NCBI GenBank assembly: GCA_002712885.1
Contig: PAUN01000010.1
Location: 70,783-134,782, forward strand
Direction: 5' to 3'
DNA length: 64,000 bases
From: Acidobacteriota bacterium
GTDB lineage: Bacteria > Acidobacteriota > Vicinamibacteria > Vicinamibacterales > UBA8438
Made by a program: the position numbers and the translations under genes
Part shown: positions 18,711-26,715 of the stretch, piece by piece
How the letters are laid out: each line of letters begins with the position of its first letter
How positions within the stretch are numbered: position 1 is the first letter of the stretch
The notes under the pieces: model-generated
Told to the model about the DNA's origin: nothing
Seen by the model: the letters and a program-made list of their open reading frames with translations, nothing else
The model's database searches: none

Positions 18711-18716
18711 AGGACA

Positions 18717-19415
18717 ATGCTGATTCCATCCATCGACCTGAAGGGTGGCAAAGTGGTGCAACTCGTCCAGGGTCAGCGCCTGGCCATCGAGAGTGACGAC
18801 TTGGACGGCTGGGTCTCTCGCTTCGCCAGCTTCCCGAAGGTCCAACTCATCGACCTCGACGCCGCCCTGGGCACCGGCACCAACGACGCGTTGGTACAAC
18901 AGGTCGCCCCACGGTTGAAGTGCCGCGTGGGCGGTGGCATCCGATCGGTCCAGCGGGCTCGGGAAGTGCTCGATTACGGCGCGCTGGCGGTAATCGTCAG
19001 CTCATCATTGTTTCGAAACGGGCAGCCAGATCTGGAGTTCGCCAAGACACTGGCTGACGCCGTGGGCCCCGAGCGGGTCATCGCCGCGGTTGATAGTAAA
19101 GGAGGCCGGGTCGTCATCCGCGGGTGGACCGAACCGGTGCAGGTGACGGCGGTCGAAGCGGCCCAGGCCCTTGAACCCTACTGCGCCGAATTCCTGTACA
19201 CCCACGTTGACCGGGAGGGCACGATGACCGGTACTGACATGGATGCGGTGCAGGCCGTCGCGGCGGCCACGTCCCGTCCGGTCACCGCGGCCGGTGGCAT
19301 CACGACCCGGGCCGAGATTGATACGTTGGATGCGGCCGGCATCGACTCGGTCGTCGGCATGGCGATTTACACCGGCACACTCTCGCTGGGAGACGTCCCC
19401 GCGGGTTCAACCTAG
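18717..19415 (+). CDS. hisA: ProFAR isomerase
   Basis: MLIPSIDLKGGKVVQLVQG.. with (beta/alpha)8 HisA blocks (VGGGIRS, GGIT). Last gene of the his cluster. Confidence 0.9.
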   Translation: MLIPSIDLKGGKVVQLVQGQRLAIESDDLDGWVSRFASFPKVQLIDLDAALGTGTNDALVQQVAPRLKCRVGGGIRSVQRAREVLDYGALAVIVSSSLFRNGQPDLEFAKTLADAVGPERVIAAVDSKGGRVVIRGWTEPVQVTAVEAAQALEPYCAEFLYTHVDREGTMTGTDMDAVQAVAAATSRPVTAAGGITTRAEIDTLDAAGIDSVVGMAIYTGTLSLGDVPAGST

Positions 19416-19500
19416 GTTTCTTGCCGATCCGTCGGCAGGAAACCGCTCTGCGTCGTTTTTCGGCCGCCTCCAAGGCGTACGTGTCTCGACGGAAACTAAG
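19411..19500. repeat. Repeat family 1 fragments (mini-palindrome plus right-end fragment), copy F
   Basis: CCTAGGTTTCTTGCCGAtccGTCGGCAGGAAACC has the terminal repeats only. The following ..GTGTCTCGACGGAAACTAAGG resembles the right end of copies D and H. The hisA TAG stop lies in the CCTAGG. Confidence 0.5.
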
Positions 19501-19536
19501 GCCTCGCACGCGGCTTAAGGGAATCGCTGGGGCCTA

Positions 19537-20052
19537 TTAGGGAGAGTTCTCGGACGCGGCGCCGGGAATTTTTCCCGTGGCGAGTTCCTGATCGACCAGC
19601 AGGAGACCGAGCCCGGTTGAGCCCGCGAGCTTCAAACGCCCCAGCAAGGCGCGTGCGCTTGACTCTTCCTCCATCTGCTCGTTCACAAACCATTGCAGCA
19701 TGACCTGGGCGCCACGGTCACCAGCTCCCTCTGCCGCTTCGTACAACGCCGCGATCGAGGCGGTCACCTCCTGCTCGTTGCGCAATACATGGGCGGCCAC
19801 CGAAACGGCGTCCGGCCAGTCGGTGGGGGGTTCAGGGATGGCCGGTAGTTTCACCGCCTGGTCGCGGTCCACCAGGTGCTCGATGACTCGGTTGGCGTGT
19901 CCAAGCTCGTCGGTCGACTGCTGGCGCATCCAGGCGCTGAAGCCCGGCAAGTCATGGGCCGACAGCCAAATCGACATCGCGAGATACTCGTGGGCGGCTC
20001 GGAATTCGAGTCGCAGGTGCTTGTTGAGGTCGGCAAGTAGGTCAGTATTCAT
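19537..20052 (-). CDS. ftn: Ferritin (non-haem, Ftn-like)
   Basis: LNKHLRLEFRAAHEYLAMSIW.., ..ELGHANRVIEHL and ..WFVNEQMEEE are di-iron ferritin motifs. ATG 20052 (MNTDLL) is preferred over the upstream GTG at 20142. Confidence 0.85.
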   Translation of the reverse strand: MNTDLLADLNKHLRLEFRAAHEYLAMSIWLSAHDLPGFSAWMRQQSTDELGHANRVIEHLVDRDQAVKLPAIPEPPTDWPDAVSVAAHVLRNEQEVTASIAALYEAAEGAGDRGAQVMLQWFVNEQMEEESSARALLGRLKLAGSTGLGLLLVDQELATGKIPGAASENSP

Positions 20053-20553
20053 CGTCTGTCTGAACCCGGAGACAATAGGACGCAGTCCGAGGCGCAGGTC
20101 CCCTCCTGTGCCTGTGATCATACCGCCCAGATTGGACCTCACGGAGCGCTACCGCTGTTAGTGGGTTCTGGGCTCTCCGCTCGGCGTCATCGAGCGACTG
20201 GCACGGCGGCACGGGGACACATACCAAGTAGAGGGTTTTTCACCCAGCTGCCATGGCGATGGCACGCGGCTTTCCCTCGTACGGCGGACCATGGTCGTCC
20301 TGTCGGCGCCGTCGCATCTCCGAGACATCTACGTCAACTCGAGCCGGCAGCTACGAGCTGGCGAGATGCACGAGTTCCTCGAATGCAATCTTGGCGTCAA
20401 TTCGATCCTGGTGTTGGAACGGGTGAACGACTCATGACCGCGGTGGCGAAGCAGCGCGGTCGCCTCCTGGCTGCGCGTGCCGACGAATTGTTTAATTGAG
20501 GCACCCTGCGCACATGTCATGTCGTGCTTCTTGCCGTCCTTAGGCCTTCGTTC

Positions 20554-20985
20554 CTACCGGAAGTTGAGCCGAACCCCCAAACGCCAGACCCGCGGACTCA
20601 ATATTTCGTGCGTGAAGTTCGTGGTTGATTGTCCGAGTTGTCGTTCCCTTTGCAGGACGAAGTCTTCATTGAAGACGTTGAATGCGTCGGCCGTCAACGT
20701 GGCCGATACGTCACCGTCACGCCCCAACGCGAACTTTTTCTCGAGCCTGAAGTCGACGTTGGAGATGTTCCCGGCCCGAAATTCGTCCAGACCACCGACC
20801 TGGATGTTCCGGGTCGCCCCGTCGGCACCGATCTGGCGGTGGAAGTACCGCAGCGGGTACCCTTCCCGACCGAACACGTTGACCACGACATTGATCCCCC
20901 AGGGACGGCCTGGCGCGACCGGATAACAGCCCGCGCCGATCAGATCGGAGAGAGTCGGTCCCCCGAGATCGACCAGGATCGGTTA
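20554..20985 (-). pseudogene. 3' remnant of a TonB-dependent receptor / OM beta-barrel gene
   Basis: Only the last about 140 codons are open, ending ..FNVFNEDFVLQRERQLGQSTTNFTHEILSPRVWRLGVRLNFR. This is typical of the C-terminus of acidobacterial-type TBDRs. No plug or barrel lies upstream, and the surrounding kb is otherwise non-coding. Confidence 0.55.
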
Positions 20986-21140
20986 GTCTCGGCGGCGAGG
21001 TAGCGGCTCATCCACATGCACCACCTTGAGAACGTGACGAAGGACGTCGATCGCAGAGCATTCGCCACGGCTTTTCAAGACCGAACATCAGGGTCGGGGC
21101 GACACGGCGGTGGCGAGCAGACGGGACCCGAGATAAACCT

Positions 21141-21896
21141 ATGACCCAAGAGTGGGACCCCAAGACCTATTCGGAGCATGCCCGCTTTGTCTCGGACCTC
21201 GGCGCGCCGGTCGCAGACCTGCTGGAACCGAAGACGGGAGAACGGGTATTAGACCTCGGGTGCGGTGACGGTGCCTTGACGGAGCGTTTCCGCCACGCGG
21301 GCTGTCAGGTCGTGGCTATCGACACCAGTCCGGAGCAGGTCTGGGCGACGATGGAGCGCGGTCTGGACGCGCGAATCATCGACGCGACCGAGCTCACATT
21401 CGATGCGGAGTTCGACGCGGTTTTCAGCAACGCCGTGCTCCACTGGATTCCAGACGTGGACCTGGTGATCGAACGGGTCTACTCGGCGCTCCGACCTGGC
21501 GGCCGTTTCGTGGCGGAATTCGGCGGCGCCGGCTGTGTGGCCTCGATCCGGGAGTCATTCGCCGCCGCGCTCGGCGAACGCGGCGTCGATGGTGCCAGTG
21601 TCGACCCTTGGTATTTCCCGACCGCCGAGGAGTATCGAGCCCGACTCGAGGGGGGAGGGTTCTCGATCGATTCGCTCCAGCTCTTTCCCCGTCCGACACC
21701 GCTGCCCGGAGATGTCTCCCACTGGTTGGAGGTGTTCGCCCAACCGTTTCTCGGTGGCGTGCCAAAGGACGACCGCCCTGCGTTACTCCAGGATGTGCGA
21801 TCACGACTGGAGCCGAGAATCCGGAATGCGGACGGGGTCTGGATCGTCGACTACGTCCGTTTGCGATTCGCAGCCACGCGACCGGCCGCGGTCTGA
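21141..21896 (+). CDS. Class I SAM-dependent methyltransferase (Tam/trans-aconitate-MTase-like)
   Basis: Motif I VLDLGCGDG, then ..AVFSNAVLHW.. and LRPGGRFVAEF. Confidence 0.8.
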   Translation: MTQEWDPKTYSEHARFVSDLGAPVADLLEPKTGERVLDLGCGDGALTERFRHAGCQVVAIDTSPEQVWATMERGLDARIIDATELTFDAEFDAVFSNAVLHWIPDVDLVIERVYSALRPGGRFVAEFGGAGCVASIRESFAAALGERGVDGASVDPWYFPTAEEYRARLEGGGFSIDSLQLFPRPTPLPGDVSHWLEVFAQPFLGGVPKDDRPALLQDVRSRLEPRIRNADGVWIVDYVRLRFAATRPAAV

Positions 21897-21922
21897 ACCC
21901 GGTGGCGACGGCCACCACACCC

Positions 21923-23188
21923 ATGCCCGAGCGAACGAGCTGCTGCATCGTGGGAGGGGGACCGGGCGGAGCCATCCTTGCCCTGCTGCTCTCGCGGCTT
22001 GGCATCGCGACGGTCCTCCTTGAGGCCAAGCACGACTTCGACCGCGCCTTCCGCGGCGACACCGTGCACCCGTCGACACTCGAAATGCTCGACGACCTCG
22101 GACTCGCGGCCCCACTGCTGGCCAGAGAGCACGGCCGGCTGCAGCGGATGACGTTGCGTAGCGGCTCGACATCGACCGTCCTCGCCGACTTCAGCCGCTT
22201 GCGCACCCCGTTTCCGTTCATCGCGATGATTCCGCAAGCGGAGTTCCTCGAATTCATTGTGAGCGAAGCGAACACACATGGCTGTTTCGACCTTCGCGTC
22301 GGGTCGCGGGTCACCGATCTCATCGTCGGAGACGAGGACGACCCGAACGAGGACGCGACGCACGAGGGGACACGACGAGGCACCGTCAGAGGCGTCCGGT
22401 ATCGCGATGCAGACGCTGAGCACGAGCTGCTGGCGACCTTGACAGTAGCCGCGGACGGGCGCGCGTCGCGCCTACGCGCCCTGGCGGGATTCGAGCCGAA
22501 ACCGAACGCGGCCGCGATGGATGTCATGTGGGTGGTTCTCCCCCGCAGGGACGACGAACTGGGCATCGATCTCACCGGCTTCCGAGTCGGCCTCGGTCGT
22601 CTGGTCGTCGTACTGGCCAGAGCCACCGAGTGGCAGCTCGGCTACGTGATCCTGAAAGGCAGCCAACACACGGTCAAGGACGCCGGACTCCCGGTGCTGC
22701 GGGCAGAGGTCGCCTCGCTCATACCGGAACTCGCCGAGCGGGTCCACGCGATTGAGGACTGGACCGACGTTCACTTCCTCTCGGTGGAGTCGAGTCGCGT
22801 CCCGACCTGGCATCGCCCTGGACTGCTAGCCCTCGGCGACGCCGCGCACGTCATGTCTCCGATCGGTGGCGTCGGCATCAACTACGCCATTCAGGACGCC
22901 GTGGCCGCAGCGAACTACCTCGCGGAACCTCTCCTGGCCGGAACACTCTCCGACGCGGATCTGGCCGCAGTCCAGCGTCGGCGTGAATTCCCTACCCGAT
23001 TCATTCAGGGCTTCCAGGCCATCGTCCAGCGGCTCGTGGTTGCGCGGGCACTCGAAGAGCGTCCGTTTCGATTACCGCTGCCCGCGAGGCTCGTCTCGCA
23101 CCTGCCGTGGCTTCGCGACGTGCCGGCGCGCGTGGTGGGATGGGGGATCAGACCCGAGCGTGTCGCCCAGAAACATGTCACCCCGTGA
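21923..23188 (+). CDS. FAD-dependent monooxygenase/oxidoreductase (UbiH/PheA-type)
   Basis: ATG 21923 gives MPERTSCCIVGGGPGGAILALLLSRLGI.., a GxGxxG motif. Also RGDTVHPSTLE and GDAAHVMSPIGGVGINYAIQDA. The track ORF start at 21608 overlaps the methyltransferase. Confidence 0.85.
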   Translation: MPERTSCCIVGGGPGGAILALLLSRLGIATVLLEAKHDFDRAFRGDTVHPSTLEMLDDLGLAAPLLAREHGRLQRMTLRSGSTSTVLADFSRLRTPFPFIAMIPQAEFLEFIVSEANTHGCFDLRVGSRVTDLIVGDEDDPNEDATHEGTRRGTVRGVRYRDADAEHELLATLTVAADGRASRLRALAGFEPKPNAAAMDVMWVVLPRRDDELGIDLTGFRVGLGRLVVVLARATEWQLGYVILKGSQHTVKDAGLPVLRAEVASLIPELAERVHAIEDWTDVHFLSVESSRVPTWHRPGLLALGDAAHVMSPIGGVGINYAIQDAVAAANYLAEPLLAGTLSDADLAAVQRRREFPTRFIQGFQAIVQRLVVARALEERPFRLPLPARLVSHLPWLRDVPARVVGWGIRPERVAQKHVTP

Positions 23189-23190
23189 CC

Positions 23191-23469
23191 ATGACCGCGC
23201 CAGACCGCGCCCAGACGGGGAGCCCGCTGCTGTGGCGGCTCGTTGGCCTGGCGGTGCGGGCGTTCGGACTTCGAGACAGCGACCTGGACCGCCGGATGTC
23301 AGCGGGCGCAGTGGATCGTTTTCTGCTTCGGGAAGGCGCCAGAGCCCCGGTCCTAGCCCCGTTGGCGATGGTGGGCATGTGCTGCTTCGCCCCCGCCTAC
23401 TGGCTGACCTGGGCGCTCAGCCGGCAGGCCCCGGACCTACAAAGCCGCGCGACGTGGCAGGTCCTCTGA
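23191..23469 (+). CDS. Small hypothetical (membrane?) protein
   Basis: Coding-like GC3, and the start abuts the previous stop. It is followed in the same frame, after a single TGA, by ORF 23473-24180, which runs antisense into the HAD gene. Status is uncertain. Confidence 0.25.
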   Translation: MTAPDRAQTGSPLLWRLVGLAVRAFGLRDSDLDRRMSAGAVDRFLLREGARAPVLAPLAMVGMCCFAPAYWLTWALSRQAPDLQSRATWQVL

Positions 23470-23772
23470 GGCATGGTGGTCTACGGCGTCTGGATGACGA
23501 CTCTCGCGACGAGCGTCGCCCTCACATTGGGACTCGGCCCCGAGATCGCCGCGAGCCTCGGGCTCCTGGTCCTCGCACCGGTTGGCCTCATGGCGTTCGA
23601 ACGAGAAGCGGCCGCTCTCAGGATGATACGAGCGTTTCTGGCCAGCCGGCAGACCCCGCTCCGTGCGCGGGCCAGCCTAAAGCGCCAGCGCGCCGCGATC
23701 GTGTCCGGGCTTGCCTGGTGCAGGACTGGCTCGAGTCGCGTCCAGGCCCCCACCCCGCGAGCGGCGAGGATA

Positions 23773-24591
23773 CTAGCGGATTCCCAGCTTATCGGCGAGG
23801 TCGTTGAAGTCGGTGGCCACGACGTCGAAGTCCGGATCCGGGGTGGTATCGATCTCTCGGTCAGGACCGTACTCATCCGGACGAGGGACGTAGGCAGTCT
23901 TGAGACCGAGGGCGGCCGCCGCCCGCAAATCACCCTTGTGAGCCGCGACCATCATGACCTCCTCCGGTGCCAGACCCAACAGGTCGGCGGCCATGAGATA
24001 CACCTCAGGATCCGGCTTGTAGTGCTTGGCGAGCTCAGACGAGAGGACGGCGTCCCACGGCAACCCGCTGTGCTTCGCCATGTTGACCAGCAGGGCGACA
24101 TTGCCGTTCGAGAGCGTCGACAGCACATAGCGAGTCTTGAGTCGGGTCAACCCAGAGACCGCGTCGGGCCACGGCTGTAGCCGGTGCCACGCGCGGTTGA
24201 AGTGGTCGCGGTCGGACTCGCTGAGCGGGGTCAATCCGTGCTTCGGAATCAGATCGTCGAGGATCATCCGATGCAAGTCATCGATACGCAGCCACCCAAG
24301 TTCTCCGCTGCGCACGCGCCCCATCGCGGGACCATAACCGCCTCGCCACTCGTCGGCGAACTGGGCCCAGTCGACTTCGAAGCCGAAACGGGTGGTGAGC
24401 TCCTGCCCTTCACGGATGATCGACGACCGCCAGTCCACGACCGTCCCGAATACATCGAACGTCATCGCCTTGACCATTGCGAGCCGCTCCGAGGTCGTCT
24501 GGGCGCGACCTGACGAGCCAGACAGCAGGACGCCCAGGCCTAGCACGGCCACGAACGCCAACCCTTTTGGACTTCTTGCGAAAATTGACAT
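23773..24591 (-). CDS. Secreted HAD-superfamily hydrolase, type II haloacid dehalogenase-like
   Basis: Signal peptide. The DVFGTVVDW nucleophile motif, STLSNGN, and KPDPEVY..AAHKGDL are typical of L-2-haloacid dehalogenase family proteins. Confidence 0.8.
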   Translation of the reverse strand: MSIFARSPKGLAFVAVLGLGVLLSGSSGRAQTTSERLAMVKAMTFDVFGTVVDWRSSIIREGQELTTRFGFEVDWAQFADEWRGGYGPAMGRVRSGELGWLRIDDLHRMILDDLIPKHGLTPLSESDRDHFNRAWHRLQPWPDAVSGLTRLKTRYVLSTLSNGNVALLVNMAKHSGLPWDAVLSSELAKHYKPDPEVYLMAADLLGLAPEEVMMVAAHKGDLRAAAALGLKTAYVPRPDEYGPDREIDTTPDPDFDVVATDFNDLADKLGIR

Positions 24592-24594
24592 CAG

Positions 24595-24875
24595 TTACTC
24601 CACGATGTTGATGGTGCCAAGTAGATCAGAATTCTGCGCATCGAGATGGTCGTGAAAACCACAGGTCTGGACGGCCACAAAATTTCCGGTCTCCCGGCGC
24701 TGACCTGGCGACAGGAACCCGACCTGATTGAACTCCGGACACTTGATGTGCGACGGCTGATCGTCACCACGTTGGTCCAACCCGGCTCCGGCCCCACCGT
24801 GGGCGCCGCCGGGCTCTCGCCGCTGCATCCAATTCCAAGCACGACCAATGCCATCGTCACCATTCGCCCGCGCAT
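24595..24875 (-). pseudogene. Possible frameshifted small lipoprotein with cupredoxin-like C-terminus
   Basis: Frame 24591-24875 gives a lipoprotein signal (MVTMALVVLGIGCSGESP..) and then junk. Frame 24595-.. gives a protein-like C-terminus ..DDQPSHIKCPEFNQVGFLSPGQRRETGNFVAVQTCGFHDHLDAQNSDLLGTINIVE. Joining the two needs one indel near 24760-24790. It ends 4 nt before the HAD gene start. Confidence 0.3.
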
Positions 24876-25026
24876 GTGTAACCCCGGTATCTTGTCTCAA
24901 AGCCCGTGACGGCACAACGGTCGCCCCTGGATTGGACCAGCCGCGCAGGACCGAGGTTATATCGGGTGGGGACCCGACCAGACGGGACGGGGTAACATTT
25001 GTCAGAGAGGCATCGGCGCCCCATCC

Positions 25027-25055
25027 AGAACGGGCCACCGCGCGTAGCAGTCTAT
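25027..25055 (+). promoter_or_regulatory. Candidate ECF-type promoter AGAACGG-N17-TCTAT
   Basis: Resembles the GGAAC-N16/17-TCTxA ECF consensus. It lies about 50 nt upstream of the ECF sigma start, so autoregulation is plausible. Confidence 0.3.
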
Positions 25056-25105
25056 GAGGCGTCGTCGCACAATGATTCACCGATACAGGCCACCAACCAG
25101 GACGC

Positions 25106-25717
25106 ATGCTGCTCAGAACGGTGATCGACGGCGCGAATGCCGGCCGGGGTGGTGCCACGGCTGACGCTCGCGTCGTAGACCGGGAAACGGTTCAGCGGAT
25201 GGCTGAAGGCGATTCGGAAGCGCTGGCGCTCGTCTACGACCGGCACATCCGTTCCGTGTTCGGACTGGCAATGCGGATCATGCAGGACCAAGGCGGCGCC
25301 GAAGACGTCGTGCAGGAGGTGTTCTCTCAGGCCTGGGCGCAAGCCACTCGCTACGACGCGACACGCGGCTCCGTGGCCTCCTGGCTGCTCACGATGGCGC
25401 GCACGCGAGCCATCGACAAGCTGCGGTCCGAACGGGCGAAGCCGGACTCGGCCCCTCTGCCTCGAGCGGATGCGGTCGTCGACTTGCCGGACCCGGCGGT
25501 CGGCGCCGAACATCAGGTCTTGACGGAGGAGTCGGCGACCCAGCTCCGGGGCGCGCTCACGGAATTACCGGTGCCGCAACGGATCGCGATCGAGTTGGCG
25601 TATTTCGAGGGTCTGACCCAGACCCAGATCGCCGGACGTTTGGAACAACCACTGGGCACGGTCAAGACGCGGATCCGGACCGGCCTGCTGAAACTACGCG
25701 AGGCGTTGCAACCATGA
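25106..25717 (+). CDS. ECF (group IV) sigma-70 family factor, SigK-like
   Basis: Region 2 is ..VYDRH...VFGLA.RI..D...AEDVVQEVF..AW. Region 4 is ..LP..QR.AIELAYFEGLTQTQIA..L..PLGTVKTRIR.GL. ATGA overlap with the anti-sigma gene. Confidence 0.9.
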   Translation: MLLRTVIDGANAGRGGATADARVVDRETVQRMAEGDSEALALVYDRHIRSVFGLAMRIMQDQGGAEDVVQEVFSQAWAQATRYDATRGSVASWLLTMARTRAIDKLRSERAKPDSAPLPRADAVVDLPDPAVGAEHQVLTEESATQLRGALTELPVPQRIAIELAYFEGLTQTQIAGRLEQPLGTVKTRIRTGLLKLREALQP

Positions 25718-26601
25718 GCGACCCGCGTCACGAACCGTTCAACGGACTGGCGGCGCTCTACGCGGCGGGCGCGCTCAGCGACGCTGAACGGACATCGTTC
25801 GAAACGCACCTGGAGGTCTGTCACGAATGCGTCGACGAGGCGCGCGCATTGATGCCGGTCACTCAGGCCCTCGTCTATGCAGCGCACCCGCTCGACCCAC
25901 CGCCGGCACTCCGCGCACGAGTGCTGCACCAGATTCTTGGCACGGTGCCGGCACCGTCGTCGATACACGCGGGAAGCACGATATCGGTCGACGCACCGAT
26001 GATGGCGCCGGAAGAATCCGACGCGGCCACCAGTGACGCCGACTCAACCCGACGTGGCCTTGGCGCACCGTTCTGGCTGGCAGCCAGTCTGGTCATCGGG
26101 GCCGCCGGAGGCGGTGGGTGGTATGTGGCGGAACTCGACCACCAGATCGTGGAATTGCAGAAAGAGCTGGACGTAACCGCGGCTCAGACCGAGCTCATGC
26201 GACTCCAGGCGGCGGTGGCCCGCGCGGCCTCCTCCGAGCGCGACGCGGTACTCGCGATCGTGACGGGTCCCGACGCCCGACAAATCAACCTCGTAGGCCA
26301 GCCGCTGGCACCGCGAGCCGAGGCCCGGGTCGTCTGGAGCGAGACCACCGACATGGTGTTCCTGGCCAGCGGGCTGCCCCCGCTGCCGGCCGGAGACATC
26401 TATCAGTTGTGGTTCGTACTGCCGGACGCGCCGGTGGGCGCGGCGCTGCTCGCTCCTGACGCGGATGGCAGCGCAACCCTGACCGTGGAGATTCCAGACG
26501 CTGTGGCGCTCCCCGCGACCATGGCGATCACGGTCGAACCGGCCGGGGGAGTCCCGGCCCCGACCGGCGACGTGTATCTGCTCGGACAACCGGCTAAATG
26601 A
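25714..26601 (+). CDS. Anti-sigma factor (zf-HC2 N-terminus, single TM, RskA-like C-terminal domain)
   Basis: FETHLEVCHECVDE is the HxxxCxxC motif. The TM segment is FWLAASLVIGAAGGGGWYV. The C-terminus YQLWFVLPDAPVGAALL..ATMAITVEPAGGVPAPTG is the RskA signature. Confidence 0.85.
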   Translation: MSDPRHEPFNGLAALYAAGALSDAERTSFETHLEVCHECVDEARALMPVTQALVYAAHPLDPPPALRARVLHQILGTVPAPSSIHAGSTISVDAPMMAPEESDAATSDADSTRRGLGAPFWLAASLVIGAAGGGGWYVAELDHQIVELQKELDVTAAQTELMRLQAAVARAASSERDAVLAIVTGPDARQINLVGQPLAPRAEARVVWSETTDMVFLASGLPPLPAGDIYQLWFVLPDAPVGAALLAPDADGSATLTVEIPDAVALPATMAITVEPAGGVPAPTGDVYLLGQPAK

Positions 26602-26607
26602 GCGTTT

Positions 26608-26712
26608 CCTGGCGGGACATCCCGGGTCTAGAGACCCGGCGGTCCCACGAACCCTGGCTATATTGACCGGCTGGCGGGTCTAAGCACCCACGCCTACATC
26701 ACGGGCACACGG
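26608..26712. repeat. Repeat family 3 (two sub-copies; GGGTCT-loop-AGACCC-type hairpins)
   Basis: CCTGGCGGGACATCCCGGGTCTAGAGACCCGGCGG and CTGGCGGGTCTAAGCACCCACGCCTACATCACGG. The second aligns with 55360-55400. Confidence 0.5.
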
Positions 26713-26715
26713 TCC

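Noticed and set aside
21424-22626. 400-aa minus-strand ORF
   Set aside because: It is antisense to the SAM methyltransferase and FAD monooxygenase genes. Its composition is extremely rich in Arg, Ser and Pro, and it has no motif. High-GC artefact.
23467-23469. In-frame TGA joining ORFs 23107-23469 and 23473-24180 (selenocysteine or readthrough?)
   Set aside because: I see no SECIS-like hairpin in the about 40 nt after the TGA. The downstream ORF runs 400 nt antisense through the HAD gene, and neither part has recognisable homology. More likely this is a small real ORF followed by a shadow ORF.
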